From positions 1 to 64,000 of IMG/VR virus record IMGVR_UViG_3300025849_000022: a DNA stretch of 64,000 bases. One strand, 5' to 3'. The stretch comes from a virus. Below are positions 46,331-56,383 of the stretch, one piece after another. A program made the translations under genes and the position numbers. Within the stretch, counting starts at the first letter, position 1. Every line of letters begins with the position of its first letter. The notes under the pieces are model-generated. The model saw only the letters and a program-made list of their open reading frames with translations, made no database searches and was not told where the DNA came from.

Positions 46331-47134
46331 TTAATTGTTTCTCCTGCGTTCTTGTTTAATTCTTTGTATAAGATGAACATGCTCATGACTCAATGAATCA
46401 GGTGGCATAACTTCTACTTGTAATAAAAAGTTACCAACTATGCTACTGCGAGGATCTGTAAATCCTTCCCCTCTAAGTTTCAGTCTGCTATTTGGTTCAG
46501 TAAGTGGCGGTATATGAACTGCCAACATTCTTCCGCTAATGTGCCTAACATCTATAGTTGCACCAGTTAATGCATCAAGGTAATCTATTTGTATAATACC
46601 AATAAGATCATTTCCGTTTTTTGCAAATTCTGGATGTGGTCGATATCTTACTCTTATAAATAAATCACCTGGCGGCAGGTTCGGGTCTTGCTGTGGACCT
46701 TTGCCGTGTACAGTAAACCGTGTACCTTCTTGTACACCTTTTGGTATTTTTAAATCTAACATACCAGTGCCTACATTGATTCGTTGTGTGGAACCGTTAT
46801 ATACATCTTCTAATGATAATAGTATATCAGTTTGTGCATCAAAATTTTGCTCTCTGCGTTGTTGTCCTCTTTGTCCAAATATATCTCTAAATATGTCTCC
46901 AAAAGGACTGGCTCCGCCAAAGCCTTGTCCAAAACCTTCAAAAGGATTAGGATTATCATACTGATTACGTTTGTTTGGATCACTAAGTGTATCGTATGCT
47001 TCTTGTACTCTTTTGAATTCCTCTGGATTACCACCTTTGTCAGGATGATGCTTACTTGCTAATTTGCGATATGCTTTTTTGATAGTGGAGGCGTCAGCAT
47101 CGCGGCCTACCCCCAATGTTTGGTAGTGATCCAT
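46331..47134 (-). CDS. dnaJ: DnaJ/CbpA-type co-chaperone (no zinc finger)
   Basis: J-domain HHPDKGG, G/F region, DnaJ C-domain; predicted leaderless. Confidence 0.9.
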   Translation of the reverse strand: MDHYQTLGVGRDADASTIKKAYRKLASKHHPDKGGNPEEFKRVQEAYDTLSDPNKRNQYDNPNPFEGFGQGFGGASPFGDIFRDIFGQRGQQRREQNFDAQTDILLSLEDVYNGSTQRINVGTGMLDLKIPKGVQEGTRFTVHGKGPQQDPNLPPGDLFIRVRYRPHPEFAKNGNDLIGIIQIDYLDALTGATIDVRHISGRMLAVHIPPLTEPNSRLKLRGEGFTDPRSSIVGNFLLQVEVMPPDSLSHEHVHLIQRIKQERRRNN

Positions 47135-47140
47135 TGTTTT

Positions 47141-47168
47141 ATTATACAGTATTTGACAGGAATGTCAA
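47141..47168 (-). promoter_or_regulatory. sigma70-type promoter, leaderless start
   Basis: TTGACA-N16-TATAAT-N6-ATG. Confidence 0.7.
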
Positions 47169-47171
47169 GTG

Positions 47172-47597
47172 CTATTCGTCTTTATTAAACGTTTTTGGTG
47201 CAAACTCTTTGTCAGTGCCAAAGTCTTTAAACATATTACTCTTGCCTTCTTGCTCTTCAGGTTCGTAATATTCTTTGTATGCTTCTATAATTGCTCTAAG
47301 TTTTACAATTTGGTTACGCATTCTTACATTGTTTTTAGTTACAAGTTCCCAATCTTCATCACTGTAACCAAATACCACAGGATCAATATTTGCTTCTTTC
47401 ATTTTAGCAAACACTTCTTCTTGGTTCTTGCTTGTTACAATAATAACATTTACTTGCTCTAATGTTTCTACTGGTGGTAGTTCTAAGTTAAGAGGCATTC
47501 TCTCTACTTCTTTAGTAAAAATTTCTAATGATTTAGTTGTACTACATCCACTAATAAGGAGTATAGTTAGGATTGGCAATATTAGTACATTCAGCAT
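47172..47597 (-). CDS. o-spanin (Rz1-like lipoprotein)
   Basis: Lipobox LISGC; overlaps the end of the i-spanin gene. Confidence 0.7.
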   Translation of the reverse strand: MLNVLILPILTILLISGCSTTKSLEIFTKEVERMPLNLELPPVETLEQVNVIIVTSKNQEEVFAKMKEANIDPVVFGYSDEDWELVTKNNVRMRNQIVKLRAIIEAYKEYYEPEEQEGKSNMFKDFGTDKEFAPKTFNKDE

Positions 47598-48036
47598 TGA
47601 TCTGTGACTTCTTGGTTGCATTTAATTCCTCCTCCGTTAGTGGCGAGCCTTGTGCTATTTCAAAACACCTTGCTCTTTGTTGCTCTCTTTTACGTTCTAT
47701 TCTTTCTATGCTTTTAGGTTTACTTAGAGCCAAGTTACCTACGTCTCTTCTTTCACCTGATGCATTTACTTTGTTAAACTTTTCATTTGCTAAGTTTAAG
47801 TCTGCTGTTAGTTTAGCATTATTTTCACTTAATACTTTATTGATTGCGGTCTTAGACTCTATATCTCTTAACTGTTGCTGTATGAGTGCCTGCTGTTGTT
47901 CTACAGCACCATTTAGTTTCTCATTGTTAAGTGTAAGGATTTCGTTTTCTGCTTTTAGATGTTGCACATACCACAAGCCTCCAGCGGCTCCTGATAACAA
48001 CATAAAAAAGAAAACTAGTTTAATTTGACCCAACAT
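47551..48036 (-). CDS. i-spanin (Rz-like)
   Basis: N-terminal TM followed by a long coiled coil. Confidence 0.7.
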   Translation of the reverse strand: MLGQIKLVFFFMLLSGAAGGLWYVQHLKAENEILTLNNEKLNGAVEQQQALIQQQLRDIESKTAINKVLSENNAKLTADLNLANEKFNKVNASGERRDVGNLALSKPKSIERIERKREQQRARCFEIAQGSPLTEEELNATKKSQINAECTNIANPNYTPY

Positions 48037-48250
48037 GTCTCTCTACTACTTCACATAGTGCAGACACAGTCATAATATCAAATGTTTCTTCTTCTGGTAT
48101 GGAAATACCTAGTTTGGATTCTATTTGAACAAACACGTCGACTATATCAAATTCGTCACCACCTAAGTCGTCCATCATATGACTATCTTGTGTAATGCTT
48201 TTGTCTTTACCAAAATGTGATTCTAATACTTCTAAGATTTCTACTCTCAT
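48020..48250 (-). CDS. acyl carrier protein-like, lacking the phosphopantetheine Ser
   Basis: DDLGGDEFDIVD...IE.KLGISIPEEE...I.TV; Glu at the DSL Ser position. Confidence 0.75.
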   Translation of the reverse strand: MRVEILEVLESHFGKDKSITQDSHMMDDLGGDEFDIVDVFVQIESKLGISIPEEETFDIMTVSALCEVVERHVGSN

Positions 48251-49002
48251 ATTTTCCTCAATAATAAAACATCATCGCTACCTTCTTTAGAAAGTGTAAA
48301 TCTACCTTCGCTAAAATTGTTGACTACATATGATTTGCCAATTGCATCAGCAAATGCCAAGTCATCACTTAACATACTTCTAATAGGTTCTGACGAAATG
48401 TCTTCTAATATATCTTTTTGACCAAAGTTGACTAATTCAAATTCAAATACTCTCTTGCCTCTTTGAAATTGTATTCTATCTTTATCTGTGTCTTTATCTA
48501 AATTAACGTTTGACATCAAACTGTCAATTAAAAAGTTTCCTAAGTTTTCTTTATACTCGCTTTCTTGTGCTTCAACTTTATTTTGTTGAAATGTTTTTTT
48601 ATCTACATACATATCTGGGTCCACTATTACAAAACTTTTCCATGTATCTTCGTGTAGTTTAAAGTCTTCATCTGCATAGTATGGCTTTACAGTCCATGCT
48701 AGTTTACCAGACAAGTTCTCTACATCATGTAAAATTTTATCTATTTTTTCAAAGACTTGGTTGTCTCTTTTCATTTCTACAAACACCATGTAGTGTCCGT
48801 CATCGTTTGCGGCTGGGGAAGCCTCGCAATCTAATGTTTCATATGCACCTGACTCTACAAAGTTTGATAAGTCTTTAGCAGGAGCCAAATCGTCTACATA
48901 AAACCCCACTACAATTACATCTTTATTATCACCTGTCTTTGGTGAAAATTCATCTAAACTGATTTTAGGAATAACTAGATCAACAAGGTCGTGATGTTTC
49001 AT
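48247..49002 (-). CDS. conserved-looking jumbo-phage protein
   Basis: ISLDEFSPKTGD...VGFYV...AKDL.NFVE pattern. Confidence 0.7.
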   Translation of the reverse strand: MKHHDLVDLVIPKISLDEFSPKTGDNKDVIVVGFYVDDLAPAKDLSNFVESGAYETLDCEASPAANDDGHYMVFVEMKRDNQVFEKIDKILHDVENLSGKLAWTVKPYYADEDFKLHEDTWKSFVIVDPDMYVDKKTFQQNKVEAQESEYKENLGNFLIDSLMSNVNLDKDTDKDRIQFQRGKRVFEFELVNFGQKDILEDISSEPIRSMLSDDLAFADAIGKSYVVNNFSEGRFTLSKEGSDDVLLLRKI

Positions 49003-49553
49003 TATACGACGCCTCCTAGTGGATCTGCTGGCATTGGTGCAGTTGGATCAACTCCTTGTTGCAACATTGCACCTGCTTCGGCATCCTGTGTAGATATTAC
49101 TTCGTCGTTCATTTTAGTTTCTGCTTCATCATAATGCTCTAAATACTTTCTTGGCACTCGTAATTCAACTAACCATACAGGATCGCTTTCTGTTTTAGTT
49201 TTTCTGTAGACCCTATTGCGTGTGATTTCAACTTCTATATCGTCTGGACTCATAATCTTTTTAGGATATTCAAATACATCTTCATTGAACTTAACTTGAC
49301 ATTTTTTGTTAGTTAATCGCAATGCACCTTCTGGATCTGGCATTTCTGCTTTGTCGTACATTAGTGTTAGGTCAATCCAGTATTTACTAGGACGGCCTAC
49401 TTCAACTATCTTACCCTTTTTCCAGTTCTTAAATGCATAAATACCTAGGTGCTCAAAGAGTCCGTCTAGTTCTAGTAGCATATCAAGAAGTGTTCTATCT
49501 TGGTTAATAGCCTTTATGGTATTATTGATATCTTCTGAAGTATATTTTGACAT
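49002..49553 (-). CDS. conserved-looking jumbo-phage protein (predicted leaderless, MSKYTS)
   Basis: IYAFKNW..G...KYWI...MPDPEGALRL; TAAATA-N5-ATG. Confidence 0.7.
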   Translation of the reverse strand: MSKYTSEDINNTIKAINQDRTLLDMLLELDGLFEHLGIYAFKNWKKGKIVEVGRPSKYWIDLTLMYDKAEMPDPEGALRLTNKKCQVKFNEDVFEYPKKIMSPDDIEVEITRNRVYRKTKTESDPVWLVELRVPRKYLEHYDEAETKMNDEVISTQDAEAGAMLQQGVDPTAPMPADPLGGVV

Positions 49554-49725
49554 ACAAGTATTTATCAAAGTTATTAAATGAGTTGTTTTAACATTGACGT
49601 TAAATACTAAATAATATTACATGATGATTAACAACCATTCAAAAAGTTGTAGACAACATATACAGGACCCAACCGTTCATGAATCCATGCACGGTTTTTT
49701 TATGGCTTCACAAAAAGGAGATACC

Positions 49726-50475
49726 ATGTCAAGAAAGAAACGCAAAGAACGAGAATTCAAGGCGAGCATACGCCAATTACAAACGGAGGATTTAATATTG
49801 AAACTTGATAACAGATATAACACTAAGACGGCTAATTGTACAGTAGTACCTAGAAACATAACCCAAGACAATTTACTTGCATCGCTAGAGCATACTAATA
49901 CGTCTATTACATTTGCTGTAGGACCAGCAGGTACGGGTAAAACGTATATTGCTACAAAGAAAGCCATTCAGTCGTTATCATCTGGTATGGTGTCAAAAAT
50001 AGTTATTACAAGGCCAGCGATCAGTGTCGATGAGCAACACGGCTTCTTACCTGGTACATTACAGGATAAGATGGCGCCATGGACTAGGCCAATTATAGAT
50101 ATTTTTGAGGAACACTTTACAACCAGTCACATTGAAAACATGATAGATGCAAATATTATTGAGATTGCGCCATTGGCGTATATGAGAGGTAGAACATTTA
50201 AAAACTCTTTTATTATTGCTGATGAAATGCAAAATGCAACTATTGAACAAATGAAAATGCTTTTAACTAGAATAGGCGTAGGCAGTAAAATGGTTATTAC
50301 TGGTGACTTACGTCAGCATGATAGAGGCTTTGGTGACAATGGATTAAAGGATTTCTTAGAGAGATTACAAGACAAAGATTACGAATTTATTAGAACAGTC
50401 GAGTTTACTAGCAAGGATATTGAAAGACATCCTGCTGTAGCAGAAGTACTCGGTGTATATGATGATTTAAACTAA
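49726..50475 (+). CDS. phoH: PhoH-family ATPase
   Basis: GPAGTGKT, GFLPG, AYMRGRT, DEMQN, TGD, RHP; AAGGAG RBS. Confidence 0.95.
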   Translation: MSRKKRKEREFKASIRQLQTEDLILKLDNRYNTKTANCTVVPRNITQDNLLASLEHTNTSITFAVGPAGTGKTYIATKKAIQSLSSGMVSKIVITRPAISVDEQHGFLPGTLQDKMAPWTRPIIDIFEEHFTTSHIENMIDANIIEIAPLAYMRGRTFKNSFIIADEMQNATIEQMKMLLTRIGVGSKMVITGDLRQHDRGFGDNGLKDFLERLQDKDYEFIRTVEFTSKDIERHPAVAEVLGVYDDLN

Positions 50476-50676
50476 TTTTTTTAAGATAATTTCACTTACT
50501 TGGCCGACTTGGCTATGTTCTAAATCATACAAGTCGGTCATTCTATCTACTGCACTTTTAATAGCAACCAAAGGATCACTTTTGTTTTGCTTGATATGTG
50601 TGTGGACAAACCCACCTTCTTTAAATTCGGGTTCGAAACGCATCATTTCTTCTGCTACTGTAACCAGGTCGACCAT
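50467..50676 (-). CDS. small hypothetical protein
   Basis: 69 aa ORF. Confidence 0.5.
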   Translation of the reverse strand: MVDLVTVAEEMMRFEPEFKEGGFVHTHIKQNKSDPLVAIKSAVDRMTDLYDLEHSQVGQVSEIILKKLV

Positions 50677-51194
50677 ATTGATAACTCATTGATTTCTATT
50701 TCTTGTGGCTTATCTAAACACCACTTAATTGTTTCTGCTACAGTTTCAGGCGATAGTTTATTATAGTCCTTGGCACGTGGAGGCACCATATCTGTATCTA
50801 CATAGCCTGGATTTATATTAATTACTCTGACCCTTTTATTCATATCACTAAACACATTTGATTGTGCTATGTGATCTAAATGCTTTTTGTCTGCTCCGTA
50901 AAGTGATGTTCTAACACCGTCGTACTTGCTTCTGCTGTTTATATTTACAATAGTTTTAGTATCATCTGTTCTCCACAAGTTAAACAATTGATCAAATAAT
51001 TCTGATTGCTTAGTACCTGAGTATGCATTATTAATAAACACATCGCATGAGTTGGCTGTCATTATAATAGGTTTAATTTCATTTATATCAAATCCATTAC
51101 TTCTACTCATACCAACGACATCATGCTCTTTACTAAGTAAATCAAAACATGCTTTACCTATGCCTTTGCTATGACCTGTAATTGCTATTTTCAT
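50655..51194 (-). CDS. short-chain dehydrogenase/reductase
   Basis: ITGHSKGIG, INNA, YGADK, NPGYVDT. Confidence 0.85.
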   Translation of the reverse strand: MKIAITGHSKGIGKACFDLLSKEHDVVGMSRSNGFDINEIKPIIMTANSCDVFINNAYSGTKQSELFDQLFNLWRTDDTKTIVNINSRSKYDGVRTSLYGADKKHLDHIAQSNVFSDMNKRVRVININPGYVDTDMVPPRAKDYNKLSPETVAETIKWCLDKPQEIEINELSIWSTWLQ

Positions 51195-51421
51195 GCTAAA
51201 TTCTCCACAGGCAATTTCACACATTTCAGTGTAAGTTTGTGTTGTTTAGTGATGGTCTCTCTGTTTTTTCTGTAGTATTGCATGTAGATATCCATACTCT
51301 GAAATGAATCTAGTTCTTTCATAAAACTTTCACATTGTTTTGTGTTATCAAATCCTTTCAATAGTTGAGTATCTTGCACCTCATCACCAAGCATTAAAAA
51401 AATCATCAATGCTATTTTCAA
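51191..51421 (-). CDS. small protein, possibly exported
   Basis: Hydrophobic N-terminus, F.....CE...C pair. Confidence 0.55.
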   Translation of the reverse strand: MKIALMIFLMLGDEVQDTQLLKGFDNTKQCESFMKELDSFQSMDIYMQYYRKNRETITKQHKLTLKCVKLPVENLA

Positions 51422-51666
51422 CTGTTCTTCCTTTTGAAATACATATAAATTCCAAAGGCACTAATAATAAACCAAAAGAATTCTATTACTAAACTTGCTA
51501 GGTTAGGTGTGTAAACCAAACTAACTGTAACGAGTATTGCTACAATTAAGTTATTGAAACTGTACCAAAAACCTTTAGGGTCTATGCGTTCTAATTGTAG
51601 TAATGCGTATGTGACTATTAGTAATGCCACACCTGTGAATCCTATTATATCGGGTATTGTAATCAT
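51418..51666 (-). CDS. CBU_0592-like small membrane protein
   Basis: DIIG..GV.L....Y.LLQ...Y...N...L..VSL...N...IE.FW. Confidence 0.7.
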   Translation of the reverse strand: MITIPDIIGFTGVALLIVTYALLQLERIDPKGFWYSFNNLIVAILVTVSLVYTPNLASLVIEFFWFIISAFGIYMYFKRKNS

Positions 51667-52082
51667 GCTGATGCTGTATATTGTTTTGATATGTATTTCA
51701 TTTTATTAAAAACGCTCATCATACCAATTTGTCTTTGCATACTAAGTTGAGCACCTAACGGTATCTTTTGTACAGAAGACGAGTTAAAATTTAGCATATC
51801 ATTTGGCTGGTAACCACTGAATGCCTCTACTAAAATATGTAATAAACCTTTAACAAGTTTACTGTCTGAGTGTGCATAGAACTGCAATGTATTGTTTTCG
51901 TCTAGTATATGTGTTAACCACACATCACTTTGGCAACCTGCAACATAGTTTTCTTCATTGAACATTTCTTCTACGCCTATACCTGCTAAGTCGTCTCCTA
52001 ATTCAATTAAGTATTCATAACGATCTAAATCAGTTTCTAGTGCTTCTAGTGTTTCTACGATTGGTTCTATTGTTGCTATCAT
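51663..52082 (-). CDS. sufE: Fe-S assembly sulfur acceptor SufE
   Basis: RYEYLIELG, VAGCQSDVW, SDSKLVKGL, LS.QR..G. Confidence 0.9.
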   Translation of the reverse strand: MIATIEPIVETLEALETDLDRYEYLIELGDDLAGIGVEEMFNEENYVAGCQSDVWLTHILDENNTLQFYAHSDSKLVKGLLHILVEAFSGYQPNDMLNFNSSSVQKIPLGAQLSMQRQIGMMSVFNKMKYISKQYTASA

Positions 52083-52876
52083 CTTAACTTCTTATTTTTG
52101 CTAACTGCTTTTTCTAACAGAGATAGTTTGATATTTTTACCTTGTGCATAATTAATCAATGCTTCTGTATCCTTAGGAAAACAATGGCCACCAAAACCAT
52201 GCTCGCCATCAGTACCGGGCACTTTCATATGACTGTTGCCCATGCGTGGATCTCTAGTTAGCATATCTGTAAACTGGTCCCAACTTACCATACTACTACT
52301 TGCTTGTTGTAGGTTGTACAGTTCATTAAAGAAAACAACCTTAGTTGCTAACCAACTATTAATAGTGTACTTGATCAAACTTGCAGTACTCAGGTCTACT
52401 TTGAATGTCGGAACCACTCTCACGTTGCTATACCTATTGTAGGCTTTTTCAACTGTGTCACAGTCTTTCCATTTCCCTCCGAGTACTTGCATGTTTGGAT
52501 TCACAAAGTCTTGTGATGCATTTGCTTCAGTAAGAAACTCTGGGTTATAAACTATTTTTAATTTATAACTCTTTTTGAATACATGTAAGTAGTCAGGTAT
52601 AATTGTGCTTTTAACAACAACTATACCTTTGTACTCACGATCGTTTAATTCCTGCAGAACGTTAGTAACAATGTCTACATTAACACTCCCATCTTCGTTG
52701 GGTGGCGTTGGAACACAAACGAAAGTAAGTGGTGGATCAAAGTCATTGACAAGTTTATCAATTGTGTTGTCCTCTGAAATTTTAGGATCCACCACGTACT
52801 GTTCTATTTTGGAAAAGCCATCGCTGACAGCACTTCCTACAAAACCTTTGCCTATTATTCCTATACTATACTTCAT
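52079..52876 (-). CDS. ugd: UDP-glucose/GDP-mannose dehydrogenase (short form)
   Basis: GKGFVG, CVPTP, KSTI, NPEFL, GFGGHCFPKD. Confidence 0.85.
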   Translation of the reverse strand: MKYSIGIIGKGFVGSAVSDGFSKIEQYVVDPKISEDNTIDKLVNDFDPPLTFVCVPTPPNEDGSVNVDIVTNVLQELNDREYKGIVVVKSTIIPDYLHVFKKSYKLKIVYNPEFLTEANASQDFVNPNMQVLGGKWKDCDTVEKAYNRYSNVRVVPTFKVDLSTASLIKYTINSWLATKVVFFNELYNLQQASSSMVSWDQFTDMLTRDPRMGNSHMKVPGTDGEHGFGGHCFPKDTEALINYAQGKNIKLSLLEKAVSKNKKLR

Positions 52877-54407
52877 TAAGTAACCAATTTAATTTTTTAT
52901 TTACATATCTATTTACTGTTTGATCTGTAATAAAAGTTGCTTTTTGAACTAGACCTAATCCTGACAGAGTTTCTTTTTGCTCATACCAGTCGTTTCTTGA
53001 TGAGGCTATGCCTTGTGACATAACACTTTGCCAAGTAAATGCTTCAATGTGATTTGTTATAACATTTCTTTTTTGTATTGCTTTTGAGAATATGTCAGTG
53101 CGTTCTTTTGCTTCTGATTTGTTAGTGTATTCGTTTGACCATTCTAATGTATTTTCGTCTATGGTGTAACCAAATCTTTCTGGGTATATATCTATATCAG
53201 CAAAGGCACCTTCGTCCCATGCTAACCATTCTCCACCAAAGTCCTTGTAGCCAGGATGATTCTTTTTAGGCTCAATTATTAATGTTATTGTACCAGCATT
53301 ATCAACAAGTAAATTGTCTTCACAGTATCTTAAATTTTTTTCAAACTCTGCGTAACTGTCGTTTGCTAATCCAAATATAAAACCTGAACTAATCCAAAAG
53401 TCATCTATTTCTTTTCTTAACCTTTGAGAAACATACACAAGATCTTCTATTGTGCTTTTCTTTCTTGTGGCTTTTATTGCGGTATTACCAAAACTTTCTA
53501 TACCAAAGTTAGCACCATTCATTCCAATTTCTTTATACAAATCTATCTGGTGAGGTCTTTTTGCCATAACATCAAGTCTAGCAAAAGATGTTATTCTAGG
53601 TTTAAAACTTAATCTATTAACAACTTTAGCAAGTAACTCTAGTTTTTCATCTGATTCATTAAGTGTATCATCTGCGGCATAGAAATGTGTAATTCCGTAT
53701 GTATCGTATGCATGTTGCATTGTGTAATAAAGTTGCTCTTCGCAATTCATATAAAGAGTCTTAGATGCTCGTAAAGGATAATTGCAAAAACTACAATTAA
53801 ATTTACAGCCTAGTGCAACTTCAAATCCTATCACATCAGTGGATTCTAAGAAGTCGTCTTCTTTGAATAAACCATATGTTATGGGTTTCTCTATATCATA
53901 ATTATAATTATGGTTAGCAAAAATGTTTGTAAACTCTGGATTTTGTACAAACCTTGACATGTCTTTTCCAGCAACAAAATCTGTTAGCATTTCAGTACAT
54001 CTACCTAAGAAAACACCATCACAGTATTTCATATAGTCCATGTCATTGCGTTGTACTCTTCTATTGCCTCCATATAATATTTTTGCATTAGGTAGTTTGC
54101 TTTTAATTTGTCGAGCAAGTTGAATATACTCTTTTTCTAAACCCATAGATAGTGTAGCACTTATACATATAAACTGTACTTCTGAGTTACGAAAATAATT
54201 TATTATACCTTTGATTAAATCTTCTTTATCAAAATGAAAACAATAATCTATAACAGTTGCCTCTACACCTAACTTTTCAAACTCATGTTTAATAACATGG
54301 GCACCCAACGATCTGTAATTTGCTGGGAATGTAGAACGAATTATTTCTTTAGATATTCTTGGTTTTTGTTTGTTAGATTCAGATATAACAACGGCTTTGT
54401 TTTTCAT
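52866..54407 (-). CDS. B12-binding-domain radical SAM protein
   Basis: GCKFNCSFC, N-terminal B12-binding-like domain, ADDT, FGIES. Confidence 0.8.
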   Translation of the reverse strand: MKNKAVVISESNKQKPRISKEIIRSTFPANYRSLGAHVIKHEFEKLGVEATVIDYCFHFDKEDLIKGIINYFRNSEVQFICISATLSMGLEKEYIQLARQIKSKLPNAKILYGGNRRVQRNDMDYMKYCDGVFLGRCTEMLTDFVAGKDMSRFVQNPEFTNIFANHNYNYDIEKPITYGLFKEDDFLESTDVIGFEVALGCKFNCSFCNYPLRASKTLYMNCEEQLYYTMQHAYDTYGITHFYAADDTLNESDEKLELLAKVVNRLSFKPRITSFARLDVMAKRPHQIDLYKEIGMNGANFGIESFGNTAIKATRKKSTIEDLVYVSQRLRKEIDDFWISSGFIFGLANDSYAEFEKNLRYCEDNLLVDNAGTITLIIEPKKNHPGYKDFGGEWLAWDEGAFADIDIYPERFGYTIDENTLEWSNEYTNKSEAKERTDIFSKAIQKRNVITNHIEAFTWQSVMSQGIASSRNDWYEQKETLSGLGLVQKATFITDQTVNRYVNKKLNWLLNEV

Positions 54408-54418
54408 GCTAATATTTA

Positions 54419-55345
54419 TTAACTCATCGCATTCATTTCTAATTCGACTAATGTTGCACTAAGGTTAATCTCTGGGTCAGCACATGATACACTTTTAACC
54501 ATACCATCTCTAATGATAACAATACTTTGATCTTGCTTCAATGGATCAGTACCCCAAAGTTCTAAGTTCCTATACAAAAACTTAAACACATCTTCATACT
54601 CTTCTGGTCTTGCCTGATCGCAAATAAGTGTTCTTGCTTCTTTGTACTTGCCTGCTTTAAACAAGTCTACCATGGACAGCATCCAGTCGCTTTGTGCGGC
54701 ATCGCCGTCCTGAGGACTTTGTAAAACTCCGTCTACCACATTTTGCTGTACCAAGTTGATGCTCTTACGAAGATCTGGATAACTTGCTTGTACATAAGTG
54801 TCGAGAGTTTCTAAATCTATCTGTACGTCCTCCTCTACACAGATAGTTGCTATCCTGGCCGTAAATTCATTTACGTCTAGTTTCTCAATATGGAAACCTT
54901 GGGACCTACTATGAAGGGCCGGGATAATTCTTTGTGGGTAGTTACATGTTAGTATGAACCTAGCAGTTGTGTGATACATTTCCATCATACCACGTAACGC
55001 CGCCTGCCCATTGGGAGTAATGTAATCTGCTTCATCTAGCAATACATACTTAAACTCACCAAACGGCATAGTACTCACAAAGTTTGTGATTCTATCTCTA
55101 ATAACATCAATGCCGTTTTCGTTACTAGCATTAATTTCAAGTACATCAAATTGATCTACTTTTAAACTGTGTAGCAATAGTTTTGCTAATGTTGTTTTAC
55201 CTGTACCAGGTGCTCCGCTAAACAGTAAGTGAGGCAATGCTCCGTCACTAATCCAGCCTTCTATTTGCTTACGTTGATTAACATCTCTAAACACATAGCC
55301 GTCTACGGTGTTAGGTCTATATTTCTCTACCCATAATTCTTTCAT
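54419..55345 (-). CDS. RFC-like clamp loader ATPase (gp44-like)
   Basis: WVEKYRP, GAPGTGKT, LDEAD, ALHSR. Confidence 0.93.
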   Translation of the reverse strand: MKELWVEKYRPNTVDGYVFRDVNQRKQIEGWISDGALPHLLFSGAPGTGKTTLAKLLLHSLKVDQFDVLEINASNENGIDVIRDRITNFVSTMPFGEFKYVLLDEADYITPNGQAALRGMMEMYHTTARFILTCNYPQRIIPALHSRSQGFHIEKLDVNEFTARIATICVEEDVQIDLETLDTYVQASYPDLRKSINLVQQNVVDGVLQSPQDGDAAQSDWMLSMVDLFKAGKYKEARTLICDQARPEEYEDVFKFLYRNLELWGTDPLKQDQSIVIIRDGMVKSVSCADPEINLSATLVELEMNAMS

Positions 55346-55578
55346 TTAAAAACCTCAATAGTTGTTGTGTCGTTATGATCATTTAAAAGAAAGTTGCGTG
55401 ACTTTGTTACTTTCTTAACAGCACCTTCAACTCTATAATATGTAACTAACTCTTGCTTAATCACATCTTTACTTGCTATAGGATATAATCCGTTTGCATT
55501 TGCATGATTAGAGTCATCTGTATAGTCATCAGTTTCCTGTGCATCGTACAGTTCGTCAAATAAGTTACCTTGTTTCAT
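55342..55578 (-). CDS. hypothetical protein
   Basis: AAGGA RBS; promoter TTGACT-N17-TATAAT at 55596-55624. Confidence 0.6.
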   Translation of the reverse strand: MKQGNLFDELYDAQETDDYTDDSNHANANGLYPIASKDVIKQELVTYYRVEGAVKKVTKSRNFLLNDHNDTTTIEVFK

Positions 55579-55624
55579 ATGCATTCCTTTTGTGTATTAT
55601 AAACTATTTGTGGAGAGAAGTCAA

Positions 55625-56383
55625 CTATTTTTCGTATCCAAAGCACTCAAAGTCTTGTTTCCAATATTCTGCAATTTTTTCTCTATTGTTATTATGATCT
55701 AGTAATTGCATAAAATCTGCTGTTGTTCTATTATCACTTGGATGTCTAGCATGAAAATTATTTGCTCTATATATTTGTGTTTCCTTGCCTATAATTAACT
55801 TTGATACTTCCGGCCAACGTTCTACAAGTTCTTCTTGTTTTAAAACAAAATCAAAGAATTCTATGTTAGACGGGTCATTGTCTAAGACTGTGTGGATCAA
55901 AGGTTCGTTGACCAATGTAACTTGCCACCAATGTTTTGCCTGGTTACCTCCTAAGTAATCACACATTTCATCTAAGAAAAATGTAAATGCGTCTATGTGC
56001 TTGTCCATATCGTCAGTCATTTTATACATAGACATATCTATTTGAGTAGAATGATCTGCATTAGGTGGTGGCTGATTAGGGTGATCCGGATCACTTACAT
56101 TTACAGGAAATGCAGGAGCATAATGCCAAATGTCTGCTAGATATCCTGCTACTACTCTTGTGTATGGGTTACGACAAAATGTTACTTTAGGTGCATCTAG
56201 TATATCATTTTCTACTACGTCAAACAAATCATAGTTTATAGACCAATTGTCGCCTGACAAGTCCAGATAGTTTTCTCTACCTATGTATGTTTGAAGCCAT
56301 AAGTTTAAGGAGTTTGATCCGCAACGTCTACCTTTAACAAACACAAACGGATGTGCTTGTTTTTTACCAATTAAAATTTCCAT
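55625..56383 (-). CDS. sulfotransferase family 2-like protein
   Basis: FVKGRRCGSNS, CRNPYTRVVA, DFECFGY. Confidence 0.7.
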   Translation of the reverse strand: MEILIGKKQAHPFVFVKGRRCGSNSLNLWLQTYIGRENYLDLSGDNWSINYDLFDVVENDILDAPKVTFCRNPYTRVVAGYLADIWHYAPAFPVNVSDPDHPNQPPPNADHSTQIDMSMYKMTDDMDKHIDAFTFFLDEMCDYLGGNQAKHWWQVTLVNEPLIHTVLDNDPSNIEFFDFVLKQEELVERWPEVSKLIIGKETQIYRANNFHARHPSDNRTTADFMQLLDHNNNREKIAEYWKQDFECFGYEK

